Shown: positions 16,909-26,761 of the stretch, in pieces
Layout: every line of letters begins with the position of its first letter
Numbering within the stretch: position 1 is the first letter of the stretch
From: a virus
IMG/VR virus record: IMGVR_UViG_3300045988_122441
DNA: 64,000 nucleotides
Strand: one strand, 5' to 3'
Position numbers and translations under genes: made by a program
Notes under the pieces: model-generated
The model's input: the letters and a program-made list of their open reading frames with translations, nothing else
Database searches by the model: none
What the model was told of the DNA's origin: nothing

Positions 16909-19900
16909 GTGAATAAAGATTATTACGAAATGTATCACTGTCATACGGAGTTAAGCCTTCTCGACAGCTGTACAAAATATCAAGAATATGTGGACTTAGC
17001 AGTAAAAAATGGTCAGAAAGTCCTGTCAATATCAGAGCACGGAAAACCTATGAACTGGACTGAAAAATGGGCGGCTTGTAAGAAAGCAGGTCTCAGATAC
17101 ATACATTCAGTAGAGATATATCTAACAGAACAACTGGAACCAAAAGTCAGAGATAACTATCATACAGTGCTCATGGCTCGAAATATGGATGGACTGCTAG
17201 AACTCAATGCTTTAATTACAAAATCATGTGACAAACAGCATTCGTACTATACAAACAGAATTTCTTTTGATGAGTTCTTAAATATTTCAGACAATATCAT
17301 ATCGACAAGTGCCTGTTTAGCTTCTCCGTTGAATAAATTGCCATCAGATCATCCACGATATATGGAATTGGCTCGTAAGTATGACTTCTTAGAAGTACAG
17401 GCACATAACCACCCAGAGCAGATCGCTTTTAATAAGAAGCTTCTGGAATTATCAAAGGAGATTGGCACTCCATTAATTGCAGGAACAGATACTCACAGTT
17501 CTACTCCATACAAAGCAGAATGTAGAGCTGCGTTAATATCCGCAAAGGGTAAATCTTATGGTGACGAAGATGCGTTTGATCTGACATACAAAACATACGA
17601 TGAACTCGTAGAGATGTTCAGAGTACAGGGAGCGTTACCGGAAGAAGAGTATATGCAGGCAATCAGGAATACTCATCAACTATACGATCTCACAGAGGAT
17701 ATCGAGCTTGACACTGCGATTAAGTACCCAATTTTATACGGTTCACGAGAAGCGGACTCAGAGAAGTTCACTGAAACAGTATATACGAAGCTTGAAGAAA
17801 AACTAGAATCCGGTGTCATACCAAGAAGCCAGGAACAGGCATTTAGAGATGCGATTGAAGAGGAACTTCGAGTATTCAGAAAGCTGAAAATGGACGGCTT
17901 TATGCTGTCAATGTCAGAATTGATTTCATGGTGTAAAGAGCATGGCATGGCGATTGGAACAGCTAGAGGATCTGTAGGCGGTTCACGAGTAGCCTATGTA
18001 ACAGATGTCATTGATTTGAATCCTGAAACATGGCACACAGTATTCTCACGATTCTGTAATGAAGATAGAGAGGAAATCGGTGATATTGATATAGACTGCG
18101 TTGAGTCTGACAGACCAGCAATATTCCAATACATCATTAAGCGATTTGGGGCGGATAAGACCGCAAGAGTGGCATCTTTCGGAACTCTGCAGGAGAAAGG
18201 TGTTATCGATGAGGTCGGCAGATACCTTGCTAAGAAATGGAATAAGGAACACGGCGTAGATAGCGGGGCATCACCAAAGGAAAACCCGTGGACATTACCT
18301 AAGATTGCAAAAATTAAAGAAGAGTATTCAGCTAATCCTGAGAAAACTAAGAGTAAGTATAAGGAACTGTTTTACTACTTCGATGGATTACTTGACACGA
18401 AGATATCGCAGTCAGTACATCCGGCAGGCATGGTAATCAGTCCAATCACTCTTGATGATAACTTCGGTATTTTCGAGAAAGATGGAGAAACCTGTCTGAT
18501 GCTTGATATGGAGAATATCCACGACTATACAGGTCTTGCTAAATATGACTTCCTTATTTTGAAAACAGTACAGGTAATTAGAGACACATGTAGATACCTG
18601 AACAGACCATATCCGAAGACACATGAAATTGACTGGGACGATCAAGAGGTATGGGCGGATATGATTAAGAATCCGTCAGGAATATTCCAGTTTGAGGGCG
18701 CATTTGCATTTGAGAGCTTAAAGAAATTCACTCCAAAGAGTATTTTTGATATGTCAATCGTTACAGCGTGTATCCGACCATCAGGAGCTTCTTACAGGGA
18801 TGCGTTACTTGCCAGAAAGCCACATAGTAATCCGTCAGAGATTATTGATGAGCTTCTAAAAGATAACCTCGGTTACCTGATCTATCAGGAGGATACGATC
18901 AAGTTCCTGCAGCAGATTTGTGGACTATCTGGTAGTGAATCCGACAATATCAGACGAGCTATTGGTAGAAAACAGAAAGACAGACTTGATGCGGCTATGC
19001 CATCAATCTTAGAGGGATACTGCGAGAAGTCACCACAGCCTAGAAAGGTTGCGGAAGCAGAAGCAAAAGAGTTCCTGCAGATTATTGAGGATAGTGCTTC
19101 TTATCAGTTTGGCTACAATCATTCAATAGCATATTGCTTACTCGGTTATCTCTGCGCTTATTACAGATACTACCATCCACTTGAGTTTATCACATCATTC
19201 TTGAATAATGCGGCAAATGAGGATGATATCCGAAATGGTACAGCATATGCTCATAAGATTGGCATCCGGGTAACGATGCCTAAATGGGGATTATCAAAGA
19301 GTGAATACTTCTTCGACAGTGAAAAGCGTGTTATTGCGAAAGGACTTAGTTCCATTAAGTACATGAGCGCTGGTCTTGCAGAAGAAATGTTCGAGATCGC
19401 CCATAAGAAAAAGTACAACAAGTTTATGGATGTACTGTATGACCTCAATAATAATTCTTCACTCAAGACAAATCAGCTGGATATTTTGATTAAGATTGAT
19501 TTTTTCTCAGAGTTTGGAAACCAGAGGGAGCTTCTGAAAATCACAGAACTGTTCTATGACATGTTTAAAAAAGGACAGGCTAAGCAGATTAGAAAAGACC
19601 GAGTTGACGGAACTCCACTTGAAAAGATTGTCCAGAAATATGCAGTTGGAATAACAAAGAGTGGCGGTGTCGCAAAAAGTTATACGCTGTTAGATGTAAT
19701 GTCGATTATGTATGATGCAGAATACGCCGTAAAGGATTTACATATGAATGATCTTAGCATTGTAGCTAAGGTAAGAAACTTTGCAGATGTCATGGGATAT
19801 GTCGGTTATGTGTCAGGAAGAGAAGAAGACCGCAAAAAACTGTATGTATCTGATGTATACGAACTGGTTCGCCGGAAAGATAATAAACAGTTCGGATATT

Positions 19901-20067
19901 CGATTATAACAAAATCCATTGGTAGCGGGGTTGAGAGTAGATTTACGGTAGTAAACAGTGTATACAATGAAGACCCTATCAAGAAAGGTGACATCATTTA
20001 TTGCAAAGGATGGGAAAGAAACGGTCAATATTTCAGATTGACGAGGTTTGAAAAAGTGCTTTATTAG
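16909..20067 (+). CDS. dnaE: DNA polymerase III alpha subunit (DnaE-type, PHP domain)
   Basis: PHP 'YHCHTELSLLDS', palm 'GDIDIDC..RPAIFQYIIKRFG..ARVASFGT'. 1052 aa. Confidence 0.9.
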   Translation: MNKDYYEMYHCHTELSLLDSCTKYQEYVDLAVKNGQKVLSISEHGKPMNWTEKWAACKKAGLRYIHSVEIYLTEQLEPKVRDNYHTVLMARNMDGLLELNALITKSCDKQHSYYTNRISFDEFLNISDNIISTSACLASPLNKLPSDHPRYMELARKYDFLEVQAHNHPEQIAFNKKLLELSKEIGTPLIAGTDTHSSTPYKAECRAALISAKGKSYGDEDAFDLTYKTYDELVEMFRVQGALPEEEYMQAIRNTHQLYDLTEDIELDTAIKYPILYGSREADSEKFTETVYTKLEEKLESGVIPRSQEQAFRDAIEEELRVFRKLKMDGFMLSMSELISWCKEHGMAIGTARGSVGGSRVAYVTDVIDLNPETWHTVFSRFCNEDREEIGDIDIDCVESDRPAIFQYIIKRFGADKTARVASFGTLQEKGVIDEVGRYLAKKWNKEHGVDSGASPKENPWTLPKIAKIKEEYSANPEKTKSKYKELFYYFDGLLDTKISQSVHPAGMVISPITLDDNFGIFEKDGETCLMLDMENIHDYTGLAKYDFLILKTVQVIRDTCRYLNRPYPKTHEIDWDDQEVWADMIKNPSGIFQFEGAFAFESLKKFTPKSIFDMSIVTACIRPSGASYRDALLARKPHSNPSEIIDELLKDNLGYLIYQEDTIKFLQQICGLSGSESDNIRRAIGRKQKDRLDAAMPSILEGYCEKSPQPRKVAEAEAKEFLQIIEDSASYQFGYNHSIAYCLLGYLCAYYRYYHPLEFITSFLNNAANEDDIRNGTAYAHKIGIRVTMPKWGLSKSEYFFDSEKRVIAKGLSSIKYMSAGLAEEMFEIAHKKKYNKFMDVLYDLNNNSSLKTNQLDILIKIDFFSEFGNQRELLKITELFYDMFKKGQAKQIRKDRVDGTPLEKIVQKYAVGITKSGGVAKSYTLLDVMSIMYDAEYAVKDLHMNDLSIVAKVRNFADVMGYVGYVSGREEDRKKLYVSDVYELVRRKDNKQFGYSIITKSIGSGVESRFTVVNSVYNEDPIKKGDIIYCKGWERNGQYFRLTRFEKVLY

Positions 20068-20076
20068 GAGGACAAA

Positions 20077-20505
20077 ATGGAAATATTAACAGATGTCACG
20101 CTTAGCAAATTGCTTGCTAATTGTGAGAAGTACGAGAATTATGTTGCAGCCATATTATTTTCGAGCAAGGCGAGAGAGACAGAGTTCCTTAATGAAATCA
20201 AAACTATCGGAAATGATTGGAATGTGAACGTAAGACTCGGAAGAATGAAATGTAAAAAGACGAATAGTCATATCTACACATTTACAATCGCTAAGAATTT
20301 TGAGGATAGAATCCGCGGAATGGAGTTCAATAGTATGTTGCTGGATGGCGATAAAGGTGCGGATGAAGTAATTGCATACATATATGGTCAGTCATTGGTT
20401 AAGTACATGAGTACGCAGAACGTGGAAGAAATGATCGATAAGGGATCGGCAGATAAAGCACTGACGAATTTCCTGGATGAATTTACAATCACAACGCATA
20501 GCTAG
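20077..20505 (+). CDS. Hypothetical protein
   Basis: 142-aa ORF with a GGAGG SD. Confidence 0.5.
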   Translation: MEILTDVTLSKLLANCEKYENYVAAILFSSKARETEFLNEIKTIGNDWNVNVRLGRMKCKKTNSHIYTFTIAKNFEDRIRGMEFNSMLLDGDKGADEVIAYIYGQSLVKYMSTQNVEEMIDKGSADKALTNFLDEFTITTHS

Positions 20506-20516
20506 GAGGTAGACAA

Positions 20517-20636
20517 ATGCTTTTATGGATGTTGCTTGTAGCTGCTGAATTGACTGGCACGCATTGCTTTGACGCAAACGGGTGGCTATTCGTTACTCTT
20601 GCGTGTTGGTTATGGCACTATATTATGTCCGATTAA
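20517..20636 (+). CDS. Small hydrophobic protein (39 aa)
   Basis: Not in the ORF track (under 60 aa). ATG 7 nt after AGGAGG. 'MLLWMLLVAAELTG...WLFVTLACWLW'. Confidence 0.4.
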   Translation: MLLWMLLVAAELTGTHCFDANGWLFVTLACWLWHYIMSD

Positions 20637-20712
20637 ACTTATTTGTATCATATGTTATAAACAAGTTTAGATATAAAACTACTATTTTATATACGAAATT
20701 GAGGTGATTGTA

Positions 20713-20913
20713 ATGGCGAAAAAGATGTATTGCAACAAATGTGGAAAAGAAATGGACTTCTGGGATAAACAAGAAGAGTTTTCAATCCACACACATTGCG
20801 GTTATGGCACGAAATTTGATGGGTCTGATTTAGAACTCGATTTGTGCTGTGATTGTATGGAAGAGCTGGCGGATAGTTGTAAGATACCTCCGGTAGCAAA
20901 TGAAGAAAAATAA
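20713..20913 (+). CDS. Small zinc-ribbon protein
   Basis: 'CNKCGKE' ... 'CCDC'. ATG at 20713 lies 6 nt after GAGGTG. Confidence 0.5.
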   Translation: MAKKMYCNKCGKEMDFWDKQEEFSIHTHCGYGTKFDGSDLELDLCCDCMEELADSCKIPPVANEEK

Positions 20914-20923
20914 TTATACATAT

Positions 20924-20946
20924 TCAAGCTAATAAAATAATTTACA
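20924..20946 (+). promoter_or_regulatory. Copy 3 of the conserved 23-nt motif
   Basis: TCAAGCTAATAAAATAATTTACA, immediately followed by the AGGAG SD of the next gene. Confidence 0.45.
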
Positions 20947-20957
20947 AGGAGTAAGAG

Positions 20958-21494
20958 ATGAAAGTAGAAATTTTAAAACATCCAACAGATGATGACTGGC
21001 GGTTATGCCAGACCTGTACTCTTGTGACGGTTAGCAAGAAACCAGCGAAACCGCCAACAGAAGCGTGGAAAGTAAGATTGCTTAAAGCCAATCACTCTCC
21101 GGTAAGAACATTAGAGTTCTGCTTCAGACTGACAGATATCCCTTATTGGGTGTCTGTTCATCTTGTCAGACATGTTCATGCCACACCTTTCGTGTCTACA
21201 CAGAGAGATGACAGACAGGATAAATACGAAAGAGGAGCCGCACGACAGGATGCGCCAGTAACAATGTGTTGGTTCATGAATGCGGAAGAGCTGATTACCA
21301 TTGCTCATAAGCGACTGTGCAATCAAGCATCCAAAGAAACACGCGAAATCGTAAGAATGATTTGCGAAGAGGTTATCAAAGTCAATCCGGAGTTCAGGGA
21401 GTTACTTGTTCCGAATTGCCAGTACCGTGGCGGTATTTGTGAAGAGTTCAACTGTTGTGGATTGAATCAGAAATATTTGCCTCATATCGAATAG
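20958..21494 (+). CDS. ThyX-like (flavin-dependent thymidylate synthase family) protein, short and divergent
   Basis: 'NHSPVRTLEFCF' and 'HLVRHVHATPFVSTQR' align with ThyX 'H.tPfE...f.F' and 'RHRxxSxxxxSxR'. Here RHR is RHV and the first Ser is Thr. 178 aa. Confidence 0.5.
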   Translation: MKVEILKHPTDDDWRLCQTCTLVTVSKKPAKPPTEAWKVRLLKANHSPVRTLEFCFRLTDIPYWVSVHLVRHVHATPFVSTQRDDRQDKYERGAARQDAPVTMCWFMNAEELITIAHKRLCNQASKETREIVRMICEEVIKVNPEFRELLVPNCQYRGGICEEFNCCGLNQKYLPHIE

Positions 21495-21498
21495 TGAG

Positions 21499-21957
21499 GT
21501 GATGGCAATGGAAAGCAGAATCCATAACAAACGCAAGATGAAACAGCTTATTGATTTCAAAGGATGCGCTATGGATGGCGGTATGTACCCAACAGATATT
21601 GATGGTGTGATTGAGTACAAAGACTCAAAATACATAATTTTCGAGGTGAAATACGGTGACTCAGAAATACCAATCGGACAAAGATTGGCTCTGCAAAGAA
21701 TGGTCGATGATTTCACTAAATCAGGTAAGCAGGCGATTGTGCTTATATGCTCTCATACAGTTAAAAATCCAAACAAGCCAGTTGTGATGGCGTGGTGCAA
21801 TGTCAGAGAGATTTATTACGGTGATGAGAAGCGCTGGCGTACTCCAGATAGAGAAATAAAGGTCAGAGAAGCGATTGATTGCTTTCAGAAATATTCAAAC
21901 ATTGTTTTAAACAAAGAAGAGGAGGCGAAAGAGCATGGAAGAACAGACAAGGCTTGA
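21499..21957 (+). CDS. Hypothetical PD-(D/E)XK / VRR-NUC-like nuclease
   Basis: 'PTDIDGVIEY..YIIFEVK....GQRLALQ' fits a D..ExK..Q layout. Start ambiguous (21499, 21502 or 21508). Confidence 0.4.
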   Translation: MMAMESRIHNKRKMKQLIDFKGCAMDGGMYPTDIDGVIEYKDSKYIIFEVKYGDSEIPIGQRLALQRMVDDFTKSGKQAIVLICSHTVKNPNKPVVMAWCNVREIYYGDEKRWRTPDREIKVREAIDCFQKYSNIVLNKEEEAKEHGRTDKA

Positions 21958-22306
21958 TGATAGCGGAGAGCGTATCTCATACGGAGATGGTATGGCTATC
22001 AGGGAACCGTCAACAGGAAAGGGAAGATATGATTTGGTATCTCCATTTGCTATGAGACGACTTGCTCAGCATTACGAGAATGGCGCTCAGAAATACGCTG
22101 ATAGAAACTGGGAAAAAGGAATGCCATTTTCAAGATATGTTGATTCAGCAAAGCGTCACTTAGACAAATACATAATGGGTATGACAGACGAAGATCATTT
22201 AGCTGCTGCTGCATGGAACATTTTTGCAATCATGCATCATCAGGAGCTTGGACAGACGGAGTTGGATGATATGCCACATTATGATTGTAAATATGAACAT
22301 GAATAA
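21935..22306 (+). CDS. dATP/dGTP diphosphohydrolase N-terminal-domain-like protein
   Basis: 'GKGRYDLVSP..LAQHYENGAQKYADRNWEKG...AKRHL......DEDHLAAAAWNIFA' matches the pattern I recall for that family. Confidence 0.55.
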   Translation: MEEQTRLDDSGERISYGDGMAIREPSTGKGRYDLVSPFAMRRLAQHYENGAQKYADRNWEKGMPFSRYVDSAKRHLDKYIMGMTDEDHLAAAAWNIFAIMHHQELGQTELDDMPHYDCKYEHE

Positions 22307-22316
22307 GGAGAAAAAT

Positions 22317-22958
22317 ATGCAGAGAAAAGAAACAAACTATTACGACATCGATGTTGATATTGACGAAACACTCTTAAAAATGGGTCTGGTAGATGACATC
22401 TTCTACGTGAGAGACCTTAAACAGAGAAAGCTGTTTCTGACAGCTAATGTAGATCAGTTCTCCATAGGCGATATCACAAAACATATCATGCAGTACAACG
22501 CAGAGGATAAGGGAGTTCCGGTAGAACAGCGACAGCCGATTCTTCTGTACGTGGCGTCCAATGGGGGGGATGTCGATGCCGGTTTCGAGCTGATCGATGC
22601 CATCCTTGCAAGCAAAACGCCTGTTTACACTATCAATCTGGGCTACCAGTACAGCATGGGATTCTTAATTGGACTGGCAGGTCATAAGAGATACGCTACA
22701 CAGAATGCGAAATTCCTTATGCATGATGGTTCAAATCTCATCTGGAATTCTGGAACAAAAGCACAGGATCAGATGGAATTCCAGAAACGTGTAGAGCAGA
22801 GAATCAAACAGTATGTAATTGCACATAGCAACGTCACAAGTGAAGAGTATGACAGCAAATTACGTGTTGAATGGTATCTGTTTGCTGACGAAGCGAAGGA
22901 GAAAGGATTCTGTGACCACATCTTAGGTGTGGATTGCGATATGGATGAAATTGTGTAG
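22317..22958 (+). CDS. ClpP-family serine protease
   Basis: 'LLYVASNGGDVDAGFELIDAI', 'YQYSMGFLI' (Ser nucleophile context), 'FLMHDGS'. The ATG at 22317 lies 6 nt after AAGGAG; the track start at 22224 overlaps the upstream gene. Confidence 0.7.
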   Translation: MQRKETNYYDIDVDIDETLLKMGLVDDIFYVRDLKQRKLFLTANVDQFSIGDITKHIMQYNAEDKGVPVEQRQPILLYVASNGGDVDAGFELIDAILASKTPVYTINLGYQYSMGFLIGLAGHKRYATQNAKFLMHDGSNLIWNSGTKAQDQMEFQKRVEQRIKQYVIAHSNVTSEEYDSKLRVEWYLFADEAKEKGFCDHILGVDCDMDEIV

Positions 22959-22970
22959 GAGGCTTGACAT

Positions 22971-23801
22971 ATGGACAAGGAATATCTTGGATTTAAGGAA
23001 CTCGTGATTACAGGGGAAGAGGCTAATGACCTCTTCAACCCTGAGTCTGAGAATACGTTCGGATGCCTGCAGAACGAATATTTGATTGCATCTGACGAAC
23101 ATGGAAGCGCCATCGGCAAATTCAAATGCGATGGACATAAAGTTGTGAAGATTCCGTATAAGGCTATCGAAACAAGATTCGCAGGAAAAGTAAAGCCTAG
23201 AAATCCGCAACAGGAACTTGCTATTGATATGCTTTATGACGAGAACACAACAGTCAAAATTATTGCAGGAAAGTTTGGCACTGGTAAGGACTTCTTAATG
23301 TGCTCTGCGGCAATCGATCTGCTTGAACATGATAAATTTGAAAAGATTGTGTATGTCAGAAACAATATCGAAGTGAAAAATTCTAAGCCAATCGGTCATT
23401 TACCGGGTTCTTATAATGAAAAACTCTTACCATTTGCGATGCCTTTAGCCGACCATCTGGGAGGAGTAGACGGTCTGGAACTGATGATTGGTCACGGAAA
23501 GATTGAAATCGTTCACTTAGGATTTATCAGAGGTAGAGACATTAAGAACTCAATCATTATTTGTTCCGAAGCAGAGAACATGACAAAGGAGCATATACAG
23601 TTACTTCTCGGAAGAGTCGGAGAGGGTTCCTCATTATGGATCAACGGAGATTTTAAACAGTGTGATGCAGATGTATTCAGAGAGAATAGCGGTCTGATGA
23701 TTGCTGTTGATAAGCTGAAAGGTCATCCAAGATTCGGATATGTGAAGCTTCTCAAGACAGAGCGAAGTGAAACTGCTGCTATGGCAGATTTGCTTGATTA
23801 G
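22971..23801 (+). CDS. phoH: PhoH-like ATPase
   Basis: Walker A-like 'AGKFGTGKDFL'. PhoH C-terminal pattern 'VHLGFIRGRDI...ERSETAAMADLL'. Confidence 0.75.
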   Translation: MDKEYLGFKELVITGEEANDLFNPESENTFGCLQNEYLIASDEHGSAIGKFKCDGHKVVKIPYKAIETRFAGKVKPRNPQQELAIDMLYDENTTVKIIAGKFGTGKDFLMCSAAIDLLEHDKFEKIVYVRNNIEVKNSKPIGHLPGSYNEKLLPFAMPLADHLGGVDGLELMIGHGKIEIVHLGFIRGRDIKNSIIICSEAENMTKEHIQLLLGRVGEGSSLWINGDFKQCDADVFRENSGLMIAVDKLKGHPRFGYVKLLKTERSETAAMADLLD

Positions 23802-23812
23802 GAGGTAACTGA

Positions 23813-26035
23813 ATGATTGTAATGAAGAGAGATGGTCGAGAAGACCAATATACAAAAACAAAGATACATACGGCGATTTGTAAAGCGATCGTCGAAGTCA
23901 ACGGAGCAGGGGATACTTCCCTTGCTACCGTTATCACAAACCGTCTGGACTCAAGATATCGTAAGAGAAAGAGAACAATTTCTGTGGAAGAAATCCAGGA
24001 TGATATCGAAACAGAACTGATGAAAGAGCAGGCGTTTGAAGTAGCTAAAGCGTATGTGAGATACAGATACAAACACGAAATGAAGCGTAACGGCAATGGG
24101 ATTGACAGAAAAATTCTCACAATCGTAGATGGTGTAAATGAGGAAGTAATACAGGAAAACTCCAATAAGAATCCAACAATCTTATCTACCCAGAGAGATT
24201 ATATCGCAGGAGAAATCAGTAAGGATATCACAAGAAACACATTGCTTCCAAAAGACATTCAGCACGCTCATGACGAAGGGATTATCCATTTCCATGATTC
24301 GGATTATTTCGTACAAAGAATGCATAACTGTTGCCTTGTAAACCTCGGAGATATGCTTCAGAACGGTACAGTAATATCTGATACGCTGATTGAAAAACCA
24401 CACAGCTTTTCTACTGCTTGTAATGTCGCCACTCAGGTTGTAGCACAGATTGCTTCAAATCAGTATGGTGGTCAGAGTATTTCGTTATCACATCTTGCGC
24501 CTTTCGTAGATGTAAGTAGAAGAAAAATTCGTAAGGATGTAGAGGAAGAAATTGCAGCTTGCAACGGAGACGTAAACAGTATCAATTCTATTGTAGAAAA
24601 GAGACTGAGAGAGGAAATCAAGCGTGGCGTACAGACAATTCAGTACCAGGTACTGACATTGATGACAACGAATGGTCAGACCCCATTTATCACTGTCTTT
24701 ATGTATCTTGGAGAAGTAGAAGATGAACGAACCAAAGCTGATTTGGCAATGATCATTGAAGAGGTTGTACGCCAGAGATATCAAGGTGTTAAGAATGAAA
24801 AAGGCGCGTGGATTACTCCTGCATTCCCGAAACTGATTTATGTCCTTGAGGAAGACAACATTCGTGAAGATAGCGAATACTTCTATCTGACAAAATTATG
24901 TGCAAAGTGTTCTGTGAAACGTCTTGTACCGGATTATATCTCTGAAAAGATGATGTTGCAGAATAAGATTGATGCGAATGGCGATGGTCATTGTTTCCCA
25001 TGTATGGGATGCAGAAGCTTCCTGACTCCTTATCTTGATGAGAACAGAAAGCCTAAATATTACGGAAGATTCAATCAGGGTGTTGTTACAATTAATCTTC
25101 CAGATGTAGGACTTTCTGCTGTGAAAAAGATGGAGGGAATCACTTACGTTAATGACGAGCAATATCAGAAACGTAAGGAAGAAATTTTCTGGGAAATCTT
25201 TGAAGAGAGATTGGAGCTGTGCCATAGAGCACTGCGTCTTCGCCACGAAAGATTGCTCGGAACACTGTCGGATGCTTCTCCAATCCATTGGCAGAATGGT
25301 GGACTTGCAAGATTAAAGAAAGGTGAGACCATCGATAAGCTCCTATATGGTGGCTATTCCACGTTATCTCTCGGATATGCCGGATTGTATGAATGTGTTA
25401 AGGCAATGACCGGAAAGAGTCATACAGACGACGAAGCAAAACCGTTTGCACTTGCTATTATGCAGAAGATGAATGATAAATGTGCAGAGTGGAAAGCAGC
25501 AGAAAACATTGATTATTCATTATATGGGACTCCGATTGAGTCTACTACATATAAGTTTGCTAAATGCCTCCAGAAGCGTTTTGGAGTGATTGAAGGAATC
25601 ACGGATAGAAACTACATCACAAATAGTTACCATGTTCATGTGACAGAAAAAATCAATGCATTTGACAAACTCAGATTTGAATCAGAATTTCAGCTGTTAA
25701 GTCCTGGAGGAGCTATTTCATACATTGAAACTGCGAATCTGAGCAATAATGTCGAAGCGGCAATAAAGGTTATCCAGTACATCTACGACCACATCATGTA
25801 TGCAGAATTGAACACGAAGTCTGATTTCTGTCAGGAGTGTGGATATGATGGAGAAATCCAGATCGTAGAGAACGAGGATGGAAAATATATCTGGGAATGC
25901 CCGAATTGCGGAAATAGAGACAGAGCTAAGATGAATATCGCAAGAAGAACATGCGGTTATATCGGAGTTAATGACTTCAATCAGGGACGTACACAGGAAA
26001 TCAAAGAAAGATATGTGCATTTAGGCGGTGAATAA
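23813..26035 (+). CDS. nrdD: Anaerobic ribonucleoside-triphosphate reductase
   Basis: ATP-cone N-terminus 'MKRDGREDQYTKTKI'. C-terminal Zn ribbon 'CQECGYDG..CPNCG'. Glycyl-radical motif 'RTCGYIG'. Confidence 0.92.
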   Translation: MIVMKRDGREDQYTKTKIHTAICKAIVEVNGAGDTSLATVITNRLDSRYRKRKRTISVEEIQDDIETELMKEQAFEVAKAYVRYRYKHEMKRNGNGIDRKILTIVDGVNEEVIQENSNKNPTILSTQRDYIAGEISKDITRNTLLPKDIQHAHDEGIIHFHDSDYFVQRMHNCCLVNLGDMLQNGTVISDTLIEKPHSFSTACNVATQVVAQIASNQYGGQSISLSHLAPFVDVSRRKIRKDVEEEIAACNGDVNSINSIVEKRLREEIKRGVQTIQYQVLTLMTTNGQTPFITVFMYLGEVEDERTKADLAMIIEEVVRQRYQGVKNEKGAWITPAFPKLIYVLEEDNIREDSEYFYLTKLCAKCSVKRLVPDYISEKMMLQNKIDANGDGHCFPCMGCRSFLTPYLDENRKPKYYGRFNQGVVTINLPDVGLSAVKKMEGITYVNDEQYQKRKEEIFWEIFEERLELCHRALRLRHERLLGTLSDASPIHWQNGGLARLKKGETIDKLLYGGYSTLSLGYAGLYECVKAMTGKSHTDDEAKPFALAIMQKMNDKCAEWKAAENIDYSLYGTPIESTTYKFAKCLQKRFGVIEGITDRNYITNSYHVHVTEKINAFDKLRFESEFQLLSPGGAISYIETANLSNNVEAAIKVIQYIYDHIMYAELNTKSDFCQECGYDGEIQIVENEDGKYIWECPNCGNRDRAKMNIARRTCGYIGVNDFNQGRTQEIKERYVHLGGE

Positions 26036-26037
26036 AG

Positions 26038-26550
26038 ATGTATTACGGCAAGATAAGAGATTGTGATATTGCGAATGGAAAAGGTGTGAGAGTGAGCTTG
26101 TTTGTATCTGGATGCAGAAATCATTGTAAGAACTGCTTTCAGCCAGAAACATGGAATTTTGATTACGGAACTCCATATACAGAAGAAACCGAAGAGTACA
26201 TTATCCAGTTATTATCAAAGCCGTATATTCAAGGTCTGACAATACTCGGAGGGGAGCCGTTTGAGCCAGAAAATCAACGTGGTTTAATACGACTCCTCAA
26301 AAGAGTCAAATCTGATTGTCCAGAAAAAGATATATGGTGCTATACCGGATATACTCTTGAACAAGCATTAACAGATGGAGCTTCTTGCAGATGTGAGGTT
26401 ACAGATACATTCCTTTCAATGATAGATACATTGGTAGATGGACGATTTGTAGAGAAATTAAAAGACATCTCTTTAGAGTTTAGAGGCTCTTCAAATCAGC
26501 GAATAATTAGCATGAAAGAATGGAGAGAGCAGCATGAGCAGAAAGAATGA
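26038..26550 (+). CDS. nrdG: Anaerobic RNR activating protein (radical SAM)
   Basis: 'GCRNHCKNC' is a CxxxCxxC cluster. 170 aa, directly after nrdD. Confidence 0.9.
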   Translation: MYYGKIRDCDIANGKGVRVSLFVSGCRNHCKNCFQPETWNFDYGTPYTEETEEYIIQLLSKPYIQGLTILGGEPFEPENQRGLIRLLKRVKSDCPEKDIWCYTGYTLEQALTDGASCRCEVTDTFLSMIDTLVDGRFVEKLKDISLEFRGSSNQRIISMKEWREQHEQKE

Positions 26551-26761
26551 ACTGAAAAGATCAATCGCATGGCATAGCATTAAATATGTTTTGACAGCAA
26601 TATTTATGGTGCTTAATCTTCTCGGAATACTGCATTGGTATTGGGTGTGGATATTTTTCCCGATCCTGTTATCGCTGGGGATAAAGATACTGATATTAGT
26701 TGTACTTAGTTTCTTTGTTTGCGTATTACCGAGATGGACTGAGAGGTGGACGGAAGAATGA
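26534..26761 (+). CDS. Small membrane protein
   Basis: 75 aa with two hydrophobic helices. Confidence 0.5.
   Translation: MSRKNELKRSIAWHSIKYVLTAIFMVLNLLGILHWYWVWIFFPILLSLGIKILILVVLSFFVCVLPRWTERWTEE

Noticed and set aside
20637-20700. Imperfect inverted repeat AAACTTATTTGT..ATAAACAAGTTT as an operator or terminator
   Set aside because: Only about 9 of 12 positions pair and no T-run follows. It is too weak to call.
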